Source of the DNA: Patescibacteria group bacterium
GTDB lineage: Bacteria > Patescibacteriota > Minisyncoccia > Phycocordibacterales > Phycocordibacteraceae
Reading direction: 5' to 3'
NCBI GenBank assembly: GCA_018970425.1
Contig: JAGWWK010000001.1
Span: forward strand, 144,845-208,844
Length of the DNA: 64,000 bases
A model generated the notes under the pieces. The model made no database searches, was not told where the DNA came from, and saw only the letters and a program-made list of their open reading frames with translations. The number at the start of each line of letters is the position of its first letter. Positions within the stretch are counted from its first letter, which is position 1. A program made the translations under genes and the position numbers. Shown here in pieces: positions 47,102 through 56,258 of the stretch.

Positions 47102-47785
47102 CTAAGATACCGCACCACCCCCAGGGAGGTCAATACCTGCTGTGGACGATCCTCGGCTCCGCTTCCAGGCCTCGATTTCAGCATGATTACCCGAGAGGAG
47201 TACCTTGGGCGCTCGGTACTTCTTGCCCTTGTAAACCAGTATTTCTGGGCGTGTGTACACCTCACTGCTTGAAACTCGCTCTTCCTCGATGGAGTCAAAT
47301 CGCCCTAGTACTCCCGGGATCTGCCGTGCAACTGCGTCTACAATTATCATAGCCGGCAACTCTCCGCCCGTAAGCGTGTAGGGGCCCACAGATAGTTTCT
47401 TGGCTTTAAGTATTTTCTGAACGCGCGCATCGATCCCTTCATAGTGGCCGCAGATCAAAATAATGTCCGCTACTTTTTTCTTCACAAGCTTTCGCGCACC
47501 CGCATTACTAAACTGCTCACCAGAGCGGTCGAAGAAATATACTTCTGCTTTCTTTGCACCTCGCGCCTTCTCAACTGCCTTGAGTACCGCTTCGGGCTCT
47601 AAGACCATGCCGGGACCGCCGCCGTATGGACGCCTATCGACGCGGTCAAACTTCTTTTTAGTGAAATCGCGCGGGTTGTAGAACTTCACTGAGATCTTTT
47701 TCTCCTTGCATGCGCGCCCAATGATAGATGCATGTAGGTAGGACTGAAACGCATCAGGAAATAAGGTGACTATATGAAACCGCAT
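47102..47785 (-). CDS. trmD: tRNA (guanine37-N1)-methyltransferase
   Basis: 227 aa. MRFHIVTLFPDAF N-terminus, SPOUT-fold motifs (ILICGHYEGIDARV, GGGPGMV). Confidence 0.9.
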   Translation of the reverse strand: MRFHIVTLFPDAFQSYLHASIIGRACKEKKISVKFYNPRDFTKKKFDRVDRRPYGGGPGMVLEPEAVLKAVEKARGAKKAEVYFFDRSGEQFSNAGARKLVKKKVADIILICGHYEGIDARVQKILKAKKLSVGPYTLTGGELPAMIIVDAVARQIPGVLGRFDSIEEERVSSSEVYTRPEILVYKGKKYRAPKVLLSGNHAEIEAWKRSRGSSTAGIDLPGGGAVS

Positions 47786-47814
47786 GGCGCTACTGTAGCA
47801 TAGGTGCCTCAGTA

Positions 47815-47843
47815 TTGACTATATAATTTTATTATAGTATAAT
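47815..47843 (+). promoter_or_regulatory. consensus promoter TTGACT-17-TATAAT placed so that the CPBP-protease mRNA would be leaderless
   Basis: TTGACT at 47815-47820, a 17-bp AT-rich spacer, TATAAT at 47838-47843. ATG at 47852, only 8 nt after the -10. Confidence 0.55.
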
Positions 47844-47851
47844 ACATTATT

Positions 47852-48358
47852 ATGCCGAGCGCGCGTCGTGAGATTGTTTCCTACGGTATTACCGCTCTCG
47901 CTTCAGCAGGTGCGACATTTGCCTTTCTGCACGCTATGGCACTCTCCCCTGACCTTTTCGACGCATTTACCGATTCTCACACTGACAACCGCATTAGATT
48001 CGCACAAAAGAACCCGATCACGGCTTTTACCTCTGCGGTCGTCGTAATGCCGTTCGTTGAAGAAGCGATTTTCCGTCTGGCACCTGCTCTTGTGCTCGCC
48101 GCGCTTAATAAAAAGGACTCTGCGGCATACGCACTTACTGCGTCGCTACTGTCTTCCGGTGCCTTTTCTCTTTCGCACGACTTTAATCCGTGGACTGGTG
48201 TTATGCACTGGAACCGCATAGGTACTGAGAACCTCGGCCACTTTGCGATGGGGATGCTGTTTTGGGAAATAAACAAGCGTGCTGGTTTTAAGCACGCTGT
48301 AACCGCACATGCGACGATGAACGCATCAGTCCTCAGTGCCGCTCTGCGGATCTATTAA
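47852..48358 (+). CDS. CPBP-family (CAAX/Abi) intramembrane metalloprotease
   Basis: 168 aa. Motif 1 EEAIFRLAP, motif 2 FSLSHDFN, motif 3 HAVTAHATMN, within hydrophobic helices. Confidence 0.7.
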   Translation: MPSARREIVSYGITALASAGATFAFLHAMALSPDLFDAFTDSHTDNRIRFAQKNPITAFTSAVVVMPFVEEAIFRLAPALVLAALNKKDSAAYALTASLLSSGAFSLSHDFNPWTGVMHWNRIGTENLGHFAMGMLFWEINKRAGFKHAVTAHATMNASVLSAALRIY

Positions 48359-48484
48359 TTCGAATAGTAATGTGCGAGAGCAGTCAAACTGACTATTGTC
48401 AGAATAACAGAAACTAGTGCCAAAGTGTAGTGAATTGTTCCATCTTTTGACTCTTCTGCTTGCTCGTGACTCATGTACCGAGAA

Positions 48485-48847
48485 TTATAATCGTATATCG
48501 TCGAGGGCGTCCTCTACTGAGCGTGACGCGGTACCCATCGGCGCTTCATTAATAATTGGCGCACGGTACTCACCTCCTCCATTCTGTCCGCGGGTCGAGC
48601 CGGCAGGCTCGTTGATCTTCAAGTTTACGCGGGCATTATTCTTCATTCCGACTACGCGCAAGAGAATACGGATCGCCTTAGCGGTGTTACCTGAGCGCCC
48701 AATGACCTTACCCATATCCGCAGGATTAACATCGAGCGTAAGAAGCACTCCCATCTCGTCAACCTGGCGCGCTACTTTTACATCAGCGGGATTGTCTACC
48801 AATGCTTTAATTACGTATTCGAGAAATTCCTGGTCGCCGTTCTGCAT
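48485..48847 (-). CDS. KH-domain RNA-binding protein (YlqC/UPF0109-like)
   Basis: 120 aa. KH GxxG loop VIGRSGNTAKAIR. In the conserved position between rpsP and trmD. Confidence 0.75.
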   Translation of the reverse strand: MQNGDQEFLEYVIKALVDNPADVKVARQVDEMGVLLTLDVNPADMGKVIGRSGNTAKAIRILLRVVGMKNNARVNLKINEPAGSTRGQNGGGEYRAPIINEAPMGTASRSVEDALDDIRL

Positions 48848-48902
48848 AATCTGTTTATTAGGTTAATAGGTCCGCTACTTACTATAGCAAAAGACCGCTC
48901 TC

Positions 48903-49211
48903 TTACGAAGCGGTCTCGGATGCACTCTCTTTTTTTGCAACTACCTTTTTCGGAAGGACATTCACCTTTTTCCCTTTCACAATACCTTTTGACAGGAGGA
49001 GGTTATGGACCGTGCCAGATGCCTGAGCGCCTTTCTTGATCCACTCCTGAACGCGCTCCGCGTCGATCACCGTATGCTTGGTGCGCGGATTGTATGAGCC
49101 CAGGTACTCGAAGTGCTTACCCGACTTAGGACTGTACTTCTTCTCCCCGACGACGATTTTAAAAGACGGGTCGTTGGTCCGTCCGGTACGCTTCAGTCGT
49201 ATTGCTAACAT
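48903..49211 (-). CDS. rpsP: 30S ribosomal protein S16
   Basis: The ORF runs 48903..49289. The real start is MLAIRLKRTGRTNDPSFKIVVGEKKYSPKSGKHFEYLGSYNP, at the Met at 49211. Confidence 0.9.
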   Translation of the reverse strand: MLAIRLKRTGRTNDPSFKIVVGEKKYSPKSGKHFEYLGSYNPRTKHTVIDAERVQEWIKKGAQASGTVHNLLLSKGIVKGKKVNVLPKKVVAKKESASETAS

Positions 49212-49230
49212 ACGTGCTACTCTACCAGAA

Positions 49231-51174
49231 ATGGAGAAAAAGAGCAATCTGGGCAAGGGGAGGGGCGAGCGAACGATTACCGGAGTCATTCAGGTTACTC
49301 GAAGCGGCAAGGGGTTCCTCATCATGCCTGAGGGGCGTGATGATATACCTATACCTCGCGACCGTCTGGGAGGGGCACTCTCGGGCGATATCGCCGAGGT
49401 ACGTCTTAGCCGAGGCACTCGCGAGACTATCGGCACCGTACTTCGAGTCTGCGAGCGCAAGCGTAGCTCGTTTGTTGGCAGAGTTGAGGAGCGTGGTGGC
49501 AAGGTACTCGTTCCGCGCGACCCGCGTGTACGCACCATCTTTGCCCTTCCCGGCACTACAGTCGAGCCGGGCCAGATGGTGAGCGTTGATGTCACTAATT
49601 GGGATACCACCCCGCCCGAAGCGCGAGTTCGTACTGTCCTTGGCATTGAGGGAGAGCACGAAACAGAGATGCGGGCCATACTTACTGACCATGCGTTCCG
49701 CGTCGACTTCCCCGAAGATGTGACGCGCGAAGCCGCTGCACTGCACATCACTGAAGACGCAATCCGACAGCGACGCGACATGCGCGACACGCATACATTC
49801 ACCATCGACCCGACTACCGCTAAAGACTTCGATGACGCACTCTCGTTTAAAGAATTAGGAGACGGAACGATTGAGCTTGGCGTGCACATTGCGGACGTTT
49901 CTCACTTCGTGCGTCCGGGCTCACCGCTTGACCGTGAGGCAGCACAGCGCGCTACCAGCATCTACCTCGTCGATCGCACAATACCGATGTTACCGCCCCG
50001 CCTCTCTGAGGACTTATGCTCACTGGTTCCGAATGAAGACCGACTGACGATGAGCGCCATCTTTGTCATGCGTGGTACGCAGGTTGTATCACGATGGTTC
50101 GGCCGTACCGTCATACGATCAACAAAGCGCTTCACCTATGATGAAGCAGATGTGGTCCTCGAGGATCCTACGCATCCGATGGGCGCTACACTGCGCGCGA
50201 TCCGCGCCATCGCTGACGCACTGCGTGCCGAACGTATAGCCGCAGGAGCTCTTATTTTTGACCGCACGGAGGTGCGTCCCGTACTTGATGCCGCAATGCG
50301 CGTCGTCGGCTTTTCTCGAACAGAGGCAACCGCATCACATCGACTCATTGAAGAGTGTATGCTTCTCGCCAATCGCGAGGTTGCTACGTTCGCTCGCACC
50401 GCACTGCCATCCGACATGCGTGTCTTTATGTACCGCGTGCACGAGGGGCCCTCACTCGACAAGCTTGAAAACCTCGCCACTCTTCTTCGCGCGATTGGCT
50501 ATTCTCTCACTTTGACATCGACAGGCGTAAGTCAAACCGAGCTCGGGCGGATGCTCCGCTCAGTTTCGGGGGCGCCAGAAGAAGGGCTCATACAAACGGC
50601 CACCATTCGCTCGATGTCCCGCGCAACGTACACTACAAAAAATATTGGCCACTACGGCTTGTCATTTAAAGACTATGCGCACTTCACCTCTCCAATCAGG
50701 CGCTACCCCGACGTACTTGTACACCGCTTACTAGCTCAACTCATCGCGGGCGAACCAGTAACGGACGACCCAAAAACCATAGAGCTTTTGGCCGTGCATG
50801 CATCGGAACGCGAAGCTGAGGCCGCCGAGGCAGAACGCGAAAGTGTAAAGCTCAAGCAGGCTGAATTTCTGTGGGGTAAGGTCGGGATGGTGCGCGAGGG
50901 CACAATATCCGGTGTTACCGAGTGGGGTGCCTATGTAGAGGACCGTGAGTCCGGCGGGGAGGGTATGGTGCACATCTCTCGCCTACCGGGCTTCGAGCAC
51001 GCGCCACGCCAGTTTGCGCTTGTAAACCATGCATCCAAGGAGCGCGTCCGCCTTGGCGACCGCGTCGCATTCACCATCACTGCAGTCGATGTGCGCGCCG
51101 GAACTATTGACTGCACGCTTGCACTCGAGCCGCAACTGCCGGCACAACGCGCGGGTCGAAAACATCGGGAATAA
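49231..51174 (+). CDS. rnr: ribonuclease R (RNB-family 3'-5' exoribonuclease with C-terminal S1 domain)
   Basis: The ORF runs 49078..51174. The probable start is the ATG at 49231 (MEKKSNLGKGRGERTITGVIQVTRSGKGFLIMPEG, a cold-shock-like N-terminus). RNB catalytic region (HFTSPIRRYPD) and a C-terminal S1 fold. Confidence 0.85.
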   Translation: MEKKSNLGKGRGERTITGVIQVTRSGKGFLIMPEGRDDIPIPRDRLGGALSGDIAEVRLSRGTRETIGTVLRVCERKRSSFVGRVEERGGKVLVPRDPRVRTIFALPGTTVEPGQMVSVDVTNWDTTPPEARVRTVLGIEGEHETEMRAILTDHAFRVDFPEDVTREAAALHITEDAIRQRRDMRDTHTFTIDPTTAKDFDDALSFKELGDGTIELGVHIADVSHFVRPGSPLDREAAQRATSIYLVDRTIPMLPPRLSEDLCSLVPNEDRLTMSAIFVMRGTQVVSRWFGRTVIRSTKRFTYDEADVVLEDPTHPMGATLRAIRAIADALRAERIAAGALIFDRTEVRPVLDAAMRVVGFSRTEATASHRLIEECMLLANREVATFARTALPSDMRVFMYRVHEGPSLDKLENLATLLRAIGYSLTLTSTGVSQTELGRMLRSVSGAPEEGLIQTATIRSMSRATYTTKNIGHYGLSFKDYAHFTSPIRRYPDVLVHRLLAQLIAGEPVTDDPKTIELLAVHASEREAEAAEAERESVKLKQAEFLWGKVGMVREGTISGVTEWGAYVEDRESGGEGMVHISRLPGFEHAPRQFALVNHASKERVRLGDRVAFTITAVDVRAGTIDCTLALEPQLPAQRAGRKHRE

Positions 51175-52249
51175 TGTGCTCGCGATCTGGGGCATCAACA
51201 AGTTCAGCAAGCGCCTCTGCTGCGGCACGCTTCATGGGCTCCGTAATCTTCGGAATACGCGCGTCAAGAACGCCACGAAACACTCCCGGATACGCGATGA
51301 CATTATTTATCTGATTAGGGAAATCACTGCGCCCAGTTGCCACGATGCACGCGCCCGCGGCGTATGCCTCGTCGGGCATGATCTCAGGTTCAGGATTCGC
51401 GAGCGCAAAAATAATTGGTTCCGGCGCCATGGAGCGCACATGATCGGCAGTGAGCACCCGTGCCTTAGAGACACCAATGAATACATCTGCCTGAACTAAT
51501 GCGTCTGCAAGCGCTCCATCTCGCCCGCCTACGATTACCCCTTCTATGAGAAGGCTCCGCTTTTCAGGCGTTAGATCAGAGCGTAGATTGCTGATGATTC
51601 CCTTAGAGTCGACGGCACAAATGGACCGAACGCCGTACGAGGCGAGGATTCGCATAATTGCAACTCCGGCAGCCCCCGCACCATTGACCACTACGGAAAG
51701 ATCAGCAAGTGGTTTACCTCTGACTTTCGCAGCATTTATAAGCCCTGCCAGCACCACAATCGCGGTTCCATGCTGGTCATCATGCATGACAGGTATCGGG
51801 AGTTCGCGCGCGAGCGTTGATTCAATTTCAAAGCATTTCGGAGCTGCAATATCCTCAAGATTTATCGCTCCAAATGACGGTGCGATAGCGCGTACTGCGG
51901 CAATAATTTCTTGAGCGCTGTGCACATCAAGAACAATCGGCACCGCGTTGATACCCGCGAACCGCTTGAAAAGCGCGCACTTTCCTTCCATCACAGGGAG
52001 CGCCGCCTCTGGTCCTAAGTCACCTAATCCTAAAATTGCGCTACCGTCCGAGACTACCGCGACCATATTCCCCTTACCGGTGTATTCCCACACTTTGCTC
52101 AAGTCAGCCCCGATGTCTGCAGACACCACCCCCACTCCAGGCGTGTATACATCAGCTAAGTCAGCCCTACTCTCTATAGACTGCTTCAGTGATACTTCGG
52201 TTTTCCCTTTGAGCGTTCTGTGGACACGGCGTGCTCGTTCTTCATCCAT
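51104..52249 (-). CDS. NAD(P)-dependent malic enzyme (short, about 380 aa form)
   Basis: 381 aa. Malic-enzyme N-terminal region (VYTPGVGVV) and NAD-binding VVNGAGAAGVAIMRIL. The 3' end overlaps the rnr 3' end convergently by 71 bp. Confidence 0.8.
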   Translation of the reverse strand: MDEERARRVHRTLKGKTEVSLKQSIESRADLADVYTPGVGVVSADIGADLSKVWEYTGKGNMVAVVSDGSAILGLGDLGPEAALPVMEGKCALFKRFAGINAVPIVLDVHSAQEIIAAVRAIAPSFGAINLEDIAAPKCFEIESTLARELPIPVMHDDQHGTAIVVLAGLINAAKVRGKPLADLSVVVNGAGAAGVAIMRILASYGVRSICAVDSKGIISNLRSDLTPEKRSLLIEGVIVGGRDGALADALVQADVFIGVSKARVLTADHVRSMAPEPIIFALANPEPEIMPDEAYAAGACIVATGRSDFPNQINNVIAYPGVFRGVLDARIPKITEPMKRAAAEALAELVDAPDREHIIPDVFDPRVVPAVAARVQACSQ

Positions 52250-52265
52250 AGATTGTCAGTGTACC

Positions 52266-52808
52266 TTATTCGCCGACGTATTGCTCTGGCTGGTCGGCCT
52301 TTCCTACACGGAGCACGGTGTATGCTCCTGTACGTACATCCAGGTCATAGATGTTGAAGTTTGTATCGAGGTTAAAGCCATCAAAGTGACGTGCGAAGTT
52401 CATAGAAATAGAGCCCCCGGGCGACACAATCCTGTGAAAAACTCCCACCCCCCACCCTAAGAGCGCAGGGCCTTCAGACACGACTGCACCGTTGTGGCGG
52501 ATGAAATGCGGGGTGACCTCGAAGGACTCGACAGACCCGTGTCCTGGTGCATAGAGGTCGACATTTCTCTGACCACACAGCACGATGAGGTTATCCTCTT
52601 GGTGCGTGTGCATGTACCACGGGCGCATCTCGGGATGCTCGCGCGAGATCGGGCTGAAGGCACCGACCCCGTGCTCAACTCTATCTATCGCAGCAACTTC
52701 CTTCACTAACTCGACTGGCAGTTCGTGAAAATGCACACTCGGTGTTTCGCGTAGCGTCGATAGCTCTACGATAAATGCAACTCCGGGGACAATATTGTGA
52801 CGTGTCAT
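52266..52808 (-). CDS. cupin-fold protein (sugar-isomerase/epimerase-like), function unknown
   Basis: 180 aa. Cupin-like motif 1 WYMHTHQEDNLIVLCG and motif 2 GVGVFHRIVSPGGSISMNFARH. Overlaps gdh by 4 bp. Confidence 0.4.
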   Translation of the reverse strand: MTRHNIVPGVAFIVELSTLRETPSVHFHELPVELVKEVAAIDRVEHGVGAFSPISREHPEMRPWYMHTHQEDNLIVLCGQRNVDLYAPGHGSVESFEVTPHFIRHNGAVVSEGPALLGWGVGVFHRIVSPGGSISMNFARHFDGFNLDTNFNIYDLDVRTGAYTVLRVGKADQPEQYVGE

Positions 52809-54040
52809 GTTTGTGCTCCTAAGATCTTTGTAATAGCGAGTGCATACGCTGCATCGCGGTATGTCTCATTGTGCTCCTTCGCAAACTGAGACACCTCGCT
52901 CCACGCTTTCGTCATAATCGCTTTAAGTTCAGTATTCACCTGCTCACGTGTTTTATGAGTTTCAGTCTGGTTCTGCTTCCACTCGAGGTACGAGACTGCG
53001 ACGCCACCAGCGTTCGCAAGCACATCTGGGATCACATCTATCTTTCGCTCGCGAAGTATCGCATCTGCTTCTGCGGTCGTGGGGCCATTTGCGAGTTCGA
53101 GCACGACTTTCGCGGTGAGCTCTTCGGCTACGCCCTTTCCTGGAGCGATCACATTATCAAGCGCTGCAGGCACGAGCACGTCTGTGTCCATAGTAAGTAC
53201 TTCGTCTGGGAGTCCGATCTCGAGCGCGACGTGGTCGCGCGCTGCTTCGATGAGTGACTCACCGCGCTCCTTAGCCACATGAAAGACGTGTGGGTCGAGC
53301 CCCTCGTCTGAAATGAGTGCAGTCTTCGAGTCTGCAATACCCACAATCTTAAATCCACGATCATAGAGAAGCATCGCCACAGTCGCACCTGCGTTACCGA
53401 AGCCATGCACGGCGACCTTCATATCATTGTGGTCGATACCACGCTCCGCGAGGTACGCTTCGAGCACGTAGACACCACCCATCGCCGTCGCTGTGTCACG
53501 CCCTTCGAGTCCACCTGCTCCAAGTGACTTACCCGTAAATGTTGCGGGTGCCTTGGTACCCGTTACCGACTCGTACTCAGCGAGCATCACGTCCATGATT
53601 TCAGAATTCGTGTACACGTCTGGAGCTGGGACATCCTTGTCTGGACCAATGTCCGTGGCAAACGCGCGTGCCCACGCCCGAGCGACAGCATGTACATCTT
53701 CTTTCGCATACGTGCGTGGATCGAACGTGACCCCACCTTTCCCGCCACCGAGCGGAATGTTCACCACCGCACACTTAATAGCCATCATCGCGGCGAGTGC
53801 CTTTACTTCGTCGAGGTCTGCCGCGGGGTGAAAGCGGATGCCACCCTTGTACGGACCACGCGCGTTATTAAACTGCACGCGATACGCAGGGAACTCATGG
53901 TGACCGTCAGCGAGGTCGACTGAGAGCTGCTTTTCGATCACGCGGTCTGGCGTCATGAGTCGTGTCACCTGTGCGTCCGTGAGCCCGAGGAGCGTTGCGG
54001 CACGCGTGACACGTGCCTGATACTGTTCAAATGCGTGCAT
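52805..54040 (-). CDS. gdh: glutamate dehydrogenase (Glu/Leu/Phe/Val dehydrogenase family)
   Basis: 411 aa. Substrate/catalytic motif NIPLGGGKGGVTFDP and NAD(P) Rossmann motif VHGFGNAGATVA. Confidence 0.85.
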   Translation of the reverse strand: MHAFEQYQARVTRAATLLGLTDAQVTRLMTPDRVIEKQLSVDLADGHHEFPAYRVQFNNARGPYKGGIRFHPAADLDEVKALAAMMAIKCAVVNIPLGGGKGGVTFDPRTYAKEDVHAVARAWARAFATDIGPDKDVPAPDVYTNSEIMDVMLAEYESVTGTKAPATFTGKSLGAGGLEGRDTATAMGGVYVLEAYLAERGIDHNDMKVAVHGFGNAGATVAMLLYDRGFKIVGIADSKTALISDEGLDPHVFHVAKERGESLIEAARDHVALEIGLPDEVLTMDTDVLVPAALDNVIAPGKGVAEELTAKVVLELANGPTTAEADAILRERKIDVIPDVLANAGGVAVSYLEWKQNQTETHKTREQVNTELKAIMTKAWSEVSQFAKEHNETYRDAAYALAITKILGAQT

Positions 54041-54041
54041 A

Positions 54042-56204
54042 CTATTTTGCGACTTTTACTGCGTCTTCTAATTTGACTGATAACACCTTCGACACTCCGT
54101 CTCCACCCATCGTGACGCCATAGAGGATCTGCGCGCGGCTCATGGTCTCTCGATTGTGCGTGATCACGACAAGTTGCGACTTCTCGGATAGCGCCGCGAT
54201 CATGTCACCGTACCGCTTTGAGTTCGCCTCGTCGAGTGCCGCGTCTGTCTCATCAAGAATAAGAAACGGGGGCGGATTTACGGACGACATCGCGAAGATG
54301 AGCGCGATTGAAGTCAGTGCGCGTTCACCTCCGGAGAGCATAACCAAAGACTGAATACGCTTTCGCGGAATGGTAAGCGCGATATCAATCCCTTCTATTA
54401 CCTGCTCAGACTCTTCAGTCCCGTCCTCAAGCGCACTCCGACGCTCTCGTACTTCGCGTACGCGAGTGAGTGCTGCCGTACCTCCCTCAAACAAAAGACT
54501 GAAAAAACGATGGAACTCCCGATTTATCGCATGGAGCCCTTCATCAAACCGCTTCGACAATTCCGCATCGAGATCGCGTATGAGCACCGTAAGCTGCTCT
54601 GATGCAGCCGTCAGATCTGCGATCTCTTTTTCTAGGTGCGACTCTCGCTCATTCGCCTCACGATACTCTTTAACAATATCGTCAGATCCCATGAGCCCCG
54701 CCTCTTCAAGACGTATTTTTACTTTTTGGAGCTCGCGCTTCTCACGCTCCTGATCCTCTCGCGGTACATCTGGTATATCCGTGAGCGAGCGGAATTCAAG
54801 GATATCTCGCCCGAGAAGTGCCGCCACCTCGCTCAATTCACGCACAAACTCCTCATCAACGAGTCGCACCCGCTCGCGCTCGGACTCAAGCACGGCGAGA
54901 CGGTACCGTACATCGCGCTCTGCCGCAGAGAGTTCAAAGAGTACGCGCTCGTTCTCCCTATCCTTCTGACGTCCAGTCTCCACGCGCTCGCGCAGGGACT
55001 CCAACTCTGCTGCCGTGCGCGCTTCAAATGTCGCAAGTTCGTTCTCTCGTCGCACCGCCGCGTCATACTCTTCAGTGCGCGACTCGAGCTCCTTACGCTC
55101 CGCTGGAGCGTCACGCGTAAGAGCCCGCATCTTTTCAAAAATACCCCGAACAAAGGTGAACACTGCATCAAGAGGTGCGGATCGCAGAGACTCAAGTTCT
55201 GCCTCGCTTCTTTCCGCGAGCGCCATGAGGTCTACCGAGGAGACAGTTGCGCGCTCAGTAATGCGTGAGAGTGCGGCAATCTCGCCCTGAAGCCGCGCCG
55301 CCGCACGTGCCGCCGCCGCGCGCTCTGCGCGCGCCCGCTCAAGGTCGCGCGAGAGCGTCAAAAGCGCTGACGAACGCGCGTCATCTGACGAGCGCTCGAG
55401 TTGCGCGCGCGCCTCCGTCGAGCGACCTAACACGCTCTGTAGTTCCTCTTCGGCTTTAGCGTATTCTTGCGTAACGCGCTCGCGCGCTGTCAGTACATAC
55501 GCTTCTTCTCGCTTGAAGTACACATGGAAGCGCTCGCGAGCAGCGCGCCGAAGCTCTTCAGCACGCTCTATTTTCTCCACCTGCCTGCGGAGGAACCGTA
55601 AATGCGGAGCGATCTCGCGGCGGAGCGCCTCAACTTGGCGCATGTTCTCTTCCGTCTTATCAAGTTTTTTTAGCGCCTCGCCTTTTTTGTACTGGTACAT
55701 CGTTATACCAAGCGCGTCCTCGAGCATCTCGCGCCTGTCCGCGGGGGAGGCCGCGAGTATTTTGTCAGCTTCACCTTGTGAAATGATATGGTGCCCGCTC
55801 TCTCCAATATTTGCTCCGGCGAGAAGTTCTTGTATATCTTTGAGTCGCACGACAGAACCGTTCAGGCGGTACTCATGAGCTCCATCGCGGTGCACGGTGC
55901 GCTCCACCGACACCTCATCAAAATCTACGGCAAGGAATCGAGAGGTGTTGTCGAAGATGATCGCGGCAGATGCGCGACCAGCGCGGGGTACGGTGTTCGA
56001 GCCGTTCCAGATCAGGTCCTCACCGCGCTTCGAGCGCATCGACTTCATCGACTGCTCGCCGAGGACAAAGCGAATACTCTCAGCGACATTACTTTTTCCA
56101 GAGCCGTTTGGTCCGACAATTGCCACGACTGCCGCGTTAAAATCGAACGAGGTTTTCTTCGCAAAAGACTTGAACCCGCTTACTTCGAGCCGTTTTAACA
56201 GCAT
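54042..56204 (-). CDS. smc: SMC-family chromosome-segregation ATPase, short form (no recognisable hinge)
   Basis: 720 aa. N-terminal Walker A GPNGSGKSN. About 450 aa of coiled-coil. C-terminal signature LSGGERALTSIA and Walker B ILDETDAALD. Adjacent to rnc, as smc is in many bacteria. Confidence 0.7.
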   Translation of the reverse strand: MLLKRLEVSGFKSFAKKTSFDFNAAVVAIVGPNGSGKSNVAESIRFVLGEQSMKSMRSKRGEDLIWNGSNTVPRAGRASAAIIFDNTSRFLAVDFDEVSVERTVHRDGAHEYRLNGSVVRLKDIQELLAGANIGESGHHIISQGEADKILAASPADRREMLEDALGITMYQYKKGEALKKLDKTEENMRQVEALRREIAPHLRFLRRQVEKIERAEELRRAARERFHVYFKREEAYVLTARERVTQEYAKAEEELQSVLGRSTEARAQLERSSDDARSSALLTLSRDLERARAERAAAARAAARLQGEIAALSRITERATVSSVDLMALAERSEAELESLRSAPLDAVFTFVRGIFEKMRALTRDAPAERKELESRTEEYDAAVRRENELATFEARTAAELESLRERVETGRQKDRENERVLFELSAAERDVRYRLAVLESERERVRLVDEEFVRELSEVAALLGRDILEFRSLTDIPDVPREDQEREKRELQKVKIRLEEAGLMGSDDIVKEYREANERESHLEKEIADLTAASEQLTVLIRDLDAELSKRFDEGLHAINREFHRFFSLLFEGGTAALTRVREVRERRSALEDGTEESEQVIEGIDIALTIPRKRIQSLVMLSGGERALTSIALIFAMSSVNPPPFLILDETDAALDEANSKRYGDMIAALSEKSQLVVITHNRETMSRAQILYGVTMGGDGVSKVLSVKLEDAVKVAK

Positions 56205-56258
56205 AGTGTCAGTCTACCAAACAAAAAAACCGCTCAGGGCGGCGGCACTACAGAACGC

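Noticed and set aside
48892-48916. Hairpin overlapping the rpsP stop codon as a possible attenuator or terminator
   Set aside because: The 7-bp stem is followed by only UUUG on the transcribed strand. This is too weak to call.
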